DNA of 64,000 nt. It comes from an uncultured bacterium. Lineage in GTDB: Bacteria > Patescibacteriota > Minisyncoccia > UBA6257 > 2-01-FULL-56-20. Every line of letters begins with the position of its first letter. Position 1 is the first letter of the stretch. The notes under the pieces are model-generated. The model did no database searches, was not told the origin of the DNA, and saw only the letters and a list, made by a program, of their open reading frames with translations. The DNA lies in contig OY970175.1 in the NCBI GenBank assembly GCA_963707865.1, forward strand, positions 144,748 through 208,747, given 5' to 3'. This document shows positions 9,532 to 17,302 of the stretch, piece after piece. Both the position numbers and the translations under genes were made by a program.

Positions 9532-11655
9532 ATGCTTTTGGAACTTATCGCACACATCGTCATAGACGGCCTCAATCTCGGCGTCGGCATATATGTATTC
9601 CTGAAAAATCCGCGGGGGATCATCCATCGTTCGTTCTTCATTTTCACGCTCGGCATCGTAGGATGGAGCGCGAGCATGATGCTCGTTTCTCTCACGGGAC
9701 AATTTTGGCCTGCGATCGCCGCATTCTGGAGCGGCGAGATCGTGGTCCTGGGTTTTGTTTTGCTTGCGGAAGTTTTCCCTGAAAGCAGGCATCTTCGTAA
9801 GCGCTTTTTACTTTGGCTCTTGCCATGGTGCGGGCTGGCATTACTCACACCGTTCGGCGCGTTCATTCGCGACGCGCGGTTCAATGCCGCGGGATATCTG
9901 GAACCGCAGCACGGCCCACTCTTCCCGCTTTTCGGGCTCGTGGTCGGCGCTTACATCTTATGGAGCATCATTACGATGGTCCGGAAGTATCGGCGTCTCC
10001 GCGGCATTCATCGCGTGCAGATGCGCTATTTTGCGGCAGGCGCGTGCACATTCCTTTTCCTCGCGTTCCTTTCCAACGCACTCCTTCCTCTTTTTGGCAT
10101 CGTGGAGTTTAATCTTCTCGGCCCGCTCTTTTCCGTCGTTTTCATTGCGAGCACGGCGTACGCCATCGTGCGGCATCAGTTCATGGATATCCGCATCGTT
10201 GTCCAGCGCGGGCTTCTGTACGCGCTTTCCATTGGCCTCATTGCGTGCATCTTCTTCGGGATAGATTTTGTAGTGAGGACGTTCACGCAAACCAACGGAT
10301 GGGCCGACGACGTCGCGGCAGCCATCGTGGGCGCATTCGGCTTTGTATGGTTCCGGCGTTTCTTTGAGCGCGTGACCGACCCTTTCTTTTTCCGCAACGA
10401 TTACGATTATGCAGCTGCGGTTCGGGAGCTCGGGCTCCTTTTGCATTCAACCATTGACCTTGCGGTTCTCTTGCAATCCCTGGATACGTTTCTTATGCAG
10501 ACGATAAAACCGGAAAGAAGCGTATTTTTATACGATGCCCCCGATAAGCGAAAGATCCGTGCGTTCTTTCACGGAGCCGATGAATCGTTTCTTGAGGGGG
10601 AATACGAAGATGTTTGCGTGAATATTTTTGAGAAAAAAACGGATCAGTTTCTTCTCCAGGAATGGGAAGAGAGATTGGAGAGTGGACAAGGCGTGTCGGA
10701 GGCCGACCACCGCGCGGTGATTGCGTGCGCGGAGAAGCTTAAAATCGGTGCCGCCGTACCGTTTATGGTGCGAGGCAAAGCGGTGGCCGTGATGCTCTTG
10801 GGAAAGAAGCTTTCCGGCGATATCTTCAGATTGAAAGATATTGAGTTTCTTGGGGTTCTTGCCCACCAGGCCGGGATGGCGATAGAAAACGCCCGACTTT
10901 ACGAAGAGGCGCGGCGCTATGGTGAGGAGCTGGAGATGCGCGTCGCGGAGCGCACGGAAGAGGTGCGCGTCATGCAGGAAGCGCAAGCAAAGTTCATCAC
11001 CGACGCGTCGCACGAGCTACAGACCCCGGTTGCCATCCTCAGGGGCAATTTAGAAGTCTTGGAGGGGAAGCGGAAGGGGGACCGCAAGACAGCGTTCGGA
11101 GTGATGTCAAAGACCATTGAACGGATGTCGCGGGCGACCAATAACCTTCTTACCATCGCGAGATTAAATTTTTCTAAAAAGAAACTTCACAAACAGGAAA
11201 TTATAGTGGAAGATCTTTTGGGGGAAGCGTACGACGATTGCATTGTCCTCGCAGAAAATAAAGGAGTACTTCTTTCCTATGCGAGCGATCCCGCGCACGT
11301 TGCGGGCGACAGGGACAAGCTCAAAGAGGTGATCCTGAACTTCGTGAGCAACGCGCTTAAGCACACGCCGCGCGGCGGGCGGATAACGCTCTCGGGAAAA
11401 ACGGACAGCGGCAATATTCTGATCGTTGTTGAAGACACTGGCTCGGGCATCGCGCCGGAGAACCTACCGCATATTTTCGAGCGTTTTTATCGGATCAAAA
11501 CGGACGACGCTTTCGGCACGGGCCTTGGATTAGATATCTGCCGGCAGATTATAGAGGCGCACGGCGGCACCGTCCGTGCAGAGAGCGAACTTTCGAAAGG
11601 CAGCCGCTTCATAGTTTCCCTGCCCGCGCTCCAATCCTCGGGACATGATGCCTAA
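9532..11655 (+). CDS. Sensor histidine kinase: multi-TM N-terminus (HisKA_7TM/PrsK-like), GAF, HisKA, HATPase
   Basis: About 9 TM helices, QAGMAIENARLY GAF end, SHELQTP H-box, NALKH, DTGSGI, GTGLGL. Confidence 0.93.
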   Translation: MLLELIAHIVIDGLNLGVGIYVFLKNPRGIIHRSFFIFTLGIVGWSASMMLVSLTGQFWPAIAAFWSGEIVVLGFVLLAEVFPESRHLRKRFLLWLLPWCGLALLTPFGAFIRDARFNAAGYLEPQHGPLFPLFGLVVGAYILWSIITMVRKYRRLRGIHRVQMRYFAAGACTFLFLAFLSNALLPLFGIVEFNLLGPLFSVVFIASTAYAIVRHQFMDIRIVVQRGLLYALSIGLIACIFFGIDFVVRTFTQTNGWADDVAAAIVGAFGFVWFRRFFERVTDPFFFRNDYDYAAAVRELGLLLHSTIDLAVLLQSLDTFLMQTIKPERSVFLYDAPDKRKIRAFFHGADESFLEGEYEDVCVNIFEKKTDQFLLQEWEERLESGQGVSEADHRAVIACAEKLKIGAAVPFMVRGKAVAVMLLGKKLSGDIFRLKDIEFLGVLAHQAGMAIENARLYEEARRYGEELEMRVAERTEEVRVMQEAQAKFITDASHELQTPVAILRGNLEVLEGKRKGDRKTAFGVMSKTIERMSRATNNLLTIARLNFSKKKLHKQEIIVEDLLGEAYDDCIVLAENKGVLLSYASDPAHVAGDRDKLKEVILNFVSNALKHTPRGGRITLSGKTDSGNILIVVEDTGSGIAPENLPHIFERFYRIKTDDAFGTGLGLDICRQIIEAHGGTVRAESELSKGSRFIVSLPALQSSGHDA

Positions 11656-11667
11656 CTATCTGCTATA

Positions 11668-12444
11668 ATGAAACCAAAGCCTAAAACCATGACTACTTCC
11701 ACCGGCCTGCGCGGCAATCTCTACGTTCAACGTGCGGATGATTTGATTTTGGATGGAGGAGAGAAACAATACGTGCTTCGGCTGCGCGATCTCCCTATAG
11801 AAGAAAAACCGCGCGAAAAACTTCTGAAATATGGGCCGGCGGCCCTTTCTGTTACGGAGCTTCTTACCATTGTGCTGAATACCGGAACTACGAAAGAGGG
11901 TGTGCTCGCAATGTCGCGCCGGCTTCTTAAGGAATACGGCGAGAGCGCCATCGTGCATCAAAAAGACCCCAAGAAGATACAAGACGCCCTCGGTATCCCG
12001 TTTGTGAAAGCGTGCCAGGTGGTGGCGTGCTTTGAGCTCGGGAGGAGATTTTTCCGGGCCGACGGGAAAAAGCCGGTCATCATACGGACCGCAAACCAGG
12101 TCTACGAATATCTAAAGGATATGCGCGACCTGCCGAAGGAGCATCTGCGGGGGCTCTATCTTGATGGCCACTACCAGCTGGTTCACGACGAAGTGATCTC
12201 CATTGGCAGTTTGACCTCCAACATCATCCATCCGCGCGAGGTGTTCCGGCCTGCAATTGAGTATTCCGCCTCCGCCGTGATCCTTGCACACAATCACCCG
12301 TCGGGCGTGTCAAAACCCTCCGAAGCTGATCTTACGATCACGCGCCAGATCGTGGAAGCGGGAAAAATCGTGGGTATTAGCCTTCTGGACCACGTAATCG
12401 TGACGAAAGCTAAGTATGAAAGCATTCCGGTGGAATACAATTGA
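11668..12444 (+). CDS. radC: RadC/JAB-domain protein
   Basis: PREKLL, HPREVF, AHNHPSG...PSEAD, LLDHVI; start may be ATG 11689. Confidence 0.92.
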   Translation: MKPKPKTMTTSTGLRGNLYVQRADDLILDGGEKQYVLRLRDLPIEEKPREKLLKYGPAALSVTELLTIVLNTGTTKEGVLAMSRRLLKEYGESAIVHQKDPKKIQDALGIPFVKACQVVACFELGRRFFRADGKKPVIIRTANQVYEYLKDMRDLPKEHLRGLYLDGHYQLVHDEVISIGSLTSNIIHPREVFRPAIEYSASAVILAHNHPSGVSKPSEADLTITRQIVEAGKIVGISLLDHVIVTKAKYESIPVEYN

Positions 12445-12455
12445 CGCGGTACCGG

Positions 12456-12498
12456 TATGTTAACCATTGACACGATAGGTTAACATAGGTTAACCTAT
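12456..12498 (+). promoter_or_regulatory. Promoter with three GTTAAC-centred palindromes (likely TA operator)
   Basis: TATGTTAACCA, TAGGTTAACATA, ATAGGTTAACCTAT; TTGACA at 12467-12472, 18 nt, TAACCT, ATG 12504. Confidence 0.7.
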
Positions 12499-12503
12499 AA
12501 GCC

Positions 12504-12758
12504 ATGGAGCAAACCTTACTTTCAGTGGGAGAGGCTGCAAAGATTTTGGGAATCAGCCGGATCGCGGTGTTCAAGAAGATAAAATCCGGCAAGATAAAAG
12601 CCGTCAAAACGGGACGCAATTTTGTGATTCAAAGGAATGATCTTGCGGAGGCATTGGGCGAGAGTATCGGGGAAGATAAAAAACGCGAAATAGAGAAGGT
12701 GGTGAATAGGGCCGTGAGGGAATACAAAGAAGTTTTCAGGCGATTGGGCAAGGAATGA
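12504..12758 (+). CDS. Excisionase-like HTH protein, putative antitoxin
   Basis: LLSVGEAAKILGISR...IKSGKIKA HTH; C-terminal helix YKEVFRRLGKE; ATGA overlap with doc. Confidence 0.8.
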   Translation: MEQTLLSVGEAAKILGISRIAVFKKIKSGKIKAVKTGRNFVIQRNDLAEALGESIGEDKKREIEKVVNRAVREYKEVFRRLGKE

Positions 12759-13177
12759 GGACACAGCGCATCACCATTAAGGAGGTTGAATATACCGCTC
12801 ATAAATTGGCGAGAAAGTTTATGACATGGGATGAACCGATCCCAGATTTTGGTTCGCGTTTTCCAAACGTGCTTGAGAGTTGCCTCGGCGTTCCATTCCA
12901 GACATTTCGGAAAAAGTCTCTCTACAAAGGCATTGAGGGAAAGAGTGCTATCTTGTTCTATCTGATGGTAAAAAATCACCCTTTTGAAAATGGGAACAAG
13001 CGGATAGCGGTTATGACGCTTCTATTATTTCTATATAGAAATGGGAAATGGCTTAAGGTGAGCAATGAATCGTTATACTTTTTTGCCAAAGACATTGCCG
13101 AAAGCGATCCGAAGCGAAAAGAGCTGGCGATTTTTTCAATACAAGGTTTTATAAGAGAATACATCGTCAATTTCTGA
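12755..13177 (+). CDS. Fic/Doc family toxin
   Basis: HPFENGNKR Doc-type motif, 140 aa. Confidence 0.9.
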   Translation: MRTQRITIKEVEYTAHKLARKFMTWDEPIPDFGSRFPNVLESCLGVPFQTFRKKSLYKGIEGKSAILFYLMVKNHPFENGNKRIAVMTLLLFLYRNGKWLKVSNESLYFFAKDIAESDPKRKELAIFSIQGFIREYIVNF

Positions 13178-13205
13178 TTTTTTTGCTATCATTTGGTATG
13201 TTCCT

Positions 13206-13916
13206 ATGATCCAGTTTTCCCACCTCACAAAGACCTACAAGAAGCGGAACGTAGTGGACGATTTTTCGCTCGCGGTGGACGTGCCTATTTTCGGATTTCT
13301 CGGCCAGAACGGGGCGGGGAAGACGACGGTCATGAAAATGATCGTGGGATTGCTCCAGCCGACCGCAGGGGCGATCATGCTGGACGGGAAGGCCTCGTGC
13401 GATGTGGCCTCAAAGCGGCGGATGGGATATATGCCGGAAACGCCATATTTCTACGAACGGATGACGGGGCTCACATTCATGCGTTTTTGCGACGAGCTTG
13501 TGGGCGCGCACAAGGGAAATCGCACGGCGCACTACGAGGCGCTCCTCAAACGCACGGGCATCTACGAGGCGCGGAACGCGGAAGTGCGGACGTATTCAAA
13601 GGGCATGCGCCAGCGGCTTGGCTTTGCGCAGGCACTGGTGGGCGATCCGGAATATCTTTTTTTGGATGAGCCGCTGGACGGGCTTGATCCTCTCGGCCGG
13701 CGCGAGATGAAAGAGGTGATGCGTGAGCTCAAAAAAGAGGGAAGAAAGATCTTTTTGAACACGCACATCCTCTACGACGTCGAGGAAGTGTGCGACGAGA
13801 TGGGCGTGATCCACGAGGGAAGATTGCTCTATGCGGGGTCGGTGAAGAAATTCTGCGCCGGGAAGCCGCTCGAAGAGCAATTCGTCGCGACCGTCATCGC
13901 ACAAGGGAAGACATGA
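13206..13916 (+). CDS. ABC transporter ATPase (PilH-like)
   Basis: GQNGAGKT, YSKGMRQR, LDEPLDGLDP. Confidence 0.92.
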   Translation: MIQFSHLTKTYKKRNVVDDFSLAVDVPIFGFLGQNGAGKTTVMKMIVGLLQPTAGAIMLDGKASCDVASKRRMGYMPETPYFYERMTGLTFMRFCDELVGAHKGNRTAHYEALLKRTGIYEARNAEVRTYSKGMRQRLGFAQALVGDPEYLFLDEPLDGLDPLGRREMKEVMRELKKEGRKIFLNTHILYDVEEVCDEMGVIHEGRLLYAGSVKKFCAGKPLEEQFVATVIAQGKT

Positions 13917-14677
13917 AGAACATTTTCGTCGTCGCAAAAAATACGTTCAAGCTTGAGCTTCGCGACAAGATTCTCTACGGCATCATCGTGTTCGCCCTGC
14001 TTTATATCTTCTTTGAACTTTTCCTTGCGAATCTGGTGCTCAGGGAGCTCCCAATGGTGAAAAGCTTCGGCCTCACCGGCATCTATTTCTTCAACGCGAT
14101 CATCGCGCTTTTCTTGGGTACTACGTCGTTCTTCAAGGACGTGGACCGCAAGGTGGTCTATTTCATCCTTTCAAAGCCGGTTTCGCGGGCGCAGTTCCTG
14201 CTCGGCAAGTTCGTGGGGCTCTGCGCGGTGCTCCTGCTCACGACCGCCATCCTTGGCGTCGCGTACCTTGGCCTCATCGCCTATAATCATGGCGGGTTTG
14301 ATGCGTTGGGTCTCGTCGCCATCATCATGCAATACCTTGAAATGGCGCTCTTCATCGCGTTCGCGCTTTTCGTTTCCACGTTCTCCAGCTCGCTCTTGTC
14401 CATCGTGTATACGTCCGCCGTGTTCTTCCTCGGCCACGTCGTAAGCTCACTCATTGCCGATGCGCAGGCAATCGGCGTCATGGGCATACAATATCGTCTC
14501 GTCCAAGTGTTCTATTACGTATTCCCGAACCTGGAAAAGTTTGACGTCCGCGCGCTTGCCATTCACGACGTCGCGACACCCTTTCTTTCCTTCGCTTTTG
14601 CGCTGGCCTATGCGCTCGCATACATCATTTTTCTCCTTGCAGCCTCCGTGTGGATTTTCAACCGGAAGGAAATTTAG
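13913..14677 (+). CDS. ABC-2 type permease (PilI-like)
   Basis: MKNIFVVAKNTF start overlapping ATPase stop; ILSKPVSRAQFLLGKF; 6 TM. Confidence 0.88.
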   Translation: MKNIFVVAKNTFKLELRDKILYGIIVFALLYIFFELFLANLVLRELPMVKSFGLTGIYFFNAIIALFLGTTSFFKDVDRKVVYFILSKPVSRAQFLLGKFVGLCAVLLLTTAILGVAYLGLIAYNHGGFDALGLVAIIMQYLEMALFIAFALFVSTFSSSLLSIVYTSAVFFLGHVVSSLIADAQAIGVMGIQYRLVQVFYYVFPNLEKFDVRALAIHDVATPFLSFAFALAYALAYIIFLLAASVWIFNRKEI

Positions 14678-14686
14678 ATTCTAGTC

Positions 14687-15556
14687 ATGCGATCGCTCTC
14701 GACCGGCGCGGTTTCCAAAACACTCTTTCTGCTTTTAATGCTCGGCTTGGTGATCGTTGCCCAATATGCGTACGATGCGACGCGCTTCGCGCCTTCCGCC
14801 GTGATTCTCGGGACATCCTCGCCCGAGATGGTGCGGATGGTGGATATGGGTTTCCATGCAGCAGTGGGGTCGTTCCTCTGGGCCGGAACGCTGCCGGAGA
14901 TTTTGGATTTTTTCCATGGGCGATCGGAGTATTTCCCAGACCTCGCTTTTCTGAATGGCGTGGATCCCAAACTGAGCTATCCCTATGCGTTCTCGGTGAT
15001 TACGCTTCCGGTGGTACCAAAACAGTTACTTCCCGACGCCGTGCAGCGGGCGCAGGCAATAGGGCAAGAGGGCATCGCGAACGCCGATCCCGATTGGCGT
15101 ATTCCGTACTACATGGCGATCAATTATTATCTGGAACTCAAGGATTTGAAAGACGCTACATGGTATTTTAATGTGGCCGCGAATACCCGAGGAGTTCCTT
15201 CGTACGCCGAGCGCTTCGCGTTGAACTTTGGTATCAGCCAAAAAGAGCGCGATCGCGTGCGGAATCTTTGGGCAACGGTGTACGAGAGTACCAACGATCC
15301 CGATACGAAGGCACGTGCCGCGGCGTACGTCACGCGGCTGAACGACTTTGATTATCTTGAGGCGGCGGCGAAAACGTACCAGCAAAAATACGGTTCATAT
15401 CCTACCTCCACCGATGCGCTCGTCGCGAAGGGTATCATCCCTGCGGTGCCGCAGGACCCGTTCGGATTCACGTTTACGATTGACAGTCAGACCGGCGTCG
15501 CGGGGTTGGACTACACGAAACTGCCGGCATACGTCACCGCCCTGCCGCAGCAATGA
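14687..15556 (+). CDS. Exported helical protein (PilG/XapA-like) with GspG-like C-terminal motif
   Basis: N-terminal TM, DWRIPYY, YQQKYGSYPTSTDALVAKGIIPAVPQDPFG. Confidence 0.6.
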   Translation: MRSLSTGAVSKTLFLLLMLGLVIVAQYAYDATRFAPSAVILGTSSPEMVRMVDMGFHAAVGSFLWAGTLPEILDFFHGRSEYFPDLAFLNGVDPKLSYPYAFSVITLPVVPKQLLPDAVQRAQAIGQEGIANADPDWRIPYYMAINYYLELKDLKDATWYFNVAANTRGVPSYAERFALNFGISQKERDRVRNLWATVYESTNDPDTKARAAAYVTRLNDFDYLEAAAKTYQQKYGSYPTSTDALVAKGIIPAVPQDPFGFTFTIDSQTGVAGLDYTKLPAYVTALPQQ

Positions 15557-16424
15557 AGTCCCTTATTTTATTAACGACACTGGTCTCTTTGCCACGAAAG
15601 CCGTGCAGAGCGTTCGGGATGATTGAAATGATGGTTTGTTTTGATTGAACATTTTTTGTGAACCATCGGGCGATTTCTTTGGTATCGCGGTCACGGAATT
15701 CGTCGTTCCCCGCAAAAACGACAAGTAAGGGGATTTTTATTTTTCGGAGTGTCCGTGGCGTTTTCTTGGGTTGCGCGTAGGTAAAGATTTCTTCCTTGCT
15801 GTCCGGAGTGTTCAGACTCAGGAATCGTTGCGCGTCCAAAAGATTGGGCCAGATATTTTTCGGCATAAATTCATGAAGCCGCTTCTGTTTGACGAGCTGT
15901 TTGGCAACAGCCTGCGCACGTGCGAGCTTTCTTGGATCGGTGAATTTTTTGCTGTATGAATAATCGCTGATCGGGCAGAGAAGCGCCGCTCCTCGAATTT
16001 TTCTCTGTTTGTTTCTATGGCTCAAGTAATAGGCGATCTTCTGGCAGCCCGTAGAATGGCCGACAAGGTAAATTTCCTTCACGCTTTTCTTTAAAAGGAA
16101 GTTTACTGCTCCCTGGATATCATCAGTGCAGTCGGTAAATACTTCGTGGGTTTCGCCGGCGAGTTTCCGCGTATAACCTTTCTTCGAATTTCTTTTGATC
16201 TTCTTTATCCCCGTCACCTTGTCGTGCCCGCGATTGCTAAAAAAGATGATCGCGGTATTTTTGTCTGCGAGAGGGACGAGAAAGTCGTGGTTCGCAAAGG
16301 CGGTTGAAGCTAAACCATGTACGAAAACAATACCGCGTCGTGGCCAGTTACCGCCGAACCAAAGGCCGTCCAGAAGAAATTTCTTCGGCGTGACGATTGT
16401 GATTGGCAGACAGCGCTTTTCCAT
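15534..16424 (-). CDS. Alpha/beta hydrolase (DUF1749-like)
   Basis: VHGL, GHSTGCQ, P-I-S-D, C-terminal HGF. Confidence 0.85.
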   Translation of the reverse strand: MEKRCLPITIVTPKKFLLDGLWFGGNWPRRGIVFVHGLASTAFANHDFLVPLADKNTAIIFFSNRGHDKVTGIKKIKRNSKKGYTRKLAGETHEVFTDCTDDIQGAVNFLLKKSVKEIYLVGHSTGCQKIAYYLSHRNKQRKIRGAALLCPISDYSYSKKFTDPRKLARAQAVAKQLVKQKRLHEFMPKNIWPNLLDAQRFLSLNTPDSKEEIFTYAQPKKTPRTLRKIKIPLLVVFAGNDEFRDRDTKEIARWFTKNVQSKQTIISIIPNALHGFRGKETSVVNKIRDFIAAAGR

Positions 16425-16488
16425 ATCAAAATCTTACGGCATGCCCTGTGGATTGACAAACCCACACTTCCGCGCCATGCTGGAGGTA

Positions 16489-16611
16489 ATGGCAATATTT
16501 GGAATACAAGCGGTTCTCGCACTTTCCCTGGGCCTTCTCCTCGTGCTTTTGCTTATCCTTTCACAAAAAAGGCGGGGAAGTGTCGCGTACGCAAAAATAA
16601 GAAAAAAGTAG
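16489..16611 (+). CDS. 40-aa single-TM small protein
   Basis: MAIFGIQAVLALSLGLLLVLLLILSQKRRGSVAYAKIRKK; TTGACA at 16453 upstream, terminator downstream. Confidence 0.55.
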   Translation: MAIFGIQAVLALSLGLLLVLLLILSQKRRGSVAYAKIRKK

Positions 16612-16633
16612 AAAGAACCAAACGAAGACACCG

Positions 16634-16660
16634 AAACCTCCCCGCCAGGGGAGGTTTTTT
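16634..16660 (+). terminator. Rho-independent terminator
   Basis: AAACCTCCCC-GCCA-GGGGAGGTTT followed by T run. Confidence 0.8.
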
Positions 16661-16785
16661 GGTCATCCGGCCTGAAAATTGATTGATGTGGGGAGCGATA
16701 CTGACGCAGGAATCCAACAATTAATTTTCAGACCAGAGTGAATCCTCTGATCTGAAAACCCATTTTAGTTCTTTGGGAGGTTAAT

Positions 16786-17004
16786 ATGGACGACCGCAAT
16801 AAACTTGCGAATAACAGGAGGGAATTCGTTCGAGTTCAAAATGTCTCTCGAGAAGAGGCGGGCAGGATGATCGATCTTATCCCGCTTGGTTATAAGGAGG
16901 AGAGAGAATTTTGGCGGGAATGGTTCTCTGGGCAAATGGAGAGATTGCCACCAGATTACCCTCTTATTCTCCCTGCCGATTTTGGGCGTGGACCGGGAAT
17001 CTGA
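16786..17004 (+). CDS. Hypothetical 72-aa protein
   Basis: GGGAGG 5 nt before ATG. Confidence 0.55.
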   Translation: MDDRNKLANNRREFVRVQNVSREEAGRMIDLIPLGYKEEREFWREWFSGQMERLPPDYPLILPADFGRGPGI

Positions 17005-17069
17005 TTCTCCAGGATTGAGTCGTGTTTGATTTCATAACCAGTTTCGAAGGAAAAGGAGGCAAGAAAGAC

Positions 17070-17237
17070 ATGAATGACAAAACCCCTAAGGTTGATCCGC
17101 GTCCTGAGCCACAACCGGAGCGGAAAATCACGCGAGTTGCGGCAATGAATAAGAAGGCGATAGCAACGGCATTGCCCGGTCCTCGTCGTCCGGAGAACGA
17201 AACTCGCAGTTCGTTCGATCTGTGGGCAAGATTTTAA
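17070..17237 (+). CDS. Hypothetical 55-aa protein
   Basis: AAGGAGG upstream of ATG 17070; hairpin downstream. Confidence 0.45.
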   Translation: MNDKTPKVDPRPEPQPERKITRVAAMNKKAIATALPGPRRPENETRSSFDLWARF

Positions 17238-17263
17238 GATTTGTCCACAAACCGAACATCCCT

Positions 17264-17287
17264 GGCGGGAGCTAGTCAGCTCCCGCC
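17264..17287. terminator. Terminator hairpin between convergent genes
   Basis: GGCGGGAGCT-AGTC-AGCTCCCGCC. Confidence 0.7.
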
Positions 17288-17302
17288 TCCACTTTTTATA
17301 TC

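Noticed and set aside
12504-12758. Prophage excisionase
   Set aside because: No integrase or phage genes nearby; coupling to Doc favours an antitoxin.
17241-17250. DnaA-box-like TTGTCCACA (also near 63709)
   Set aside because: Isolated single mismatched boxes; no cluster or dnaA, so not called oriC.
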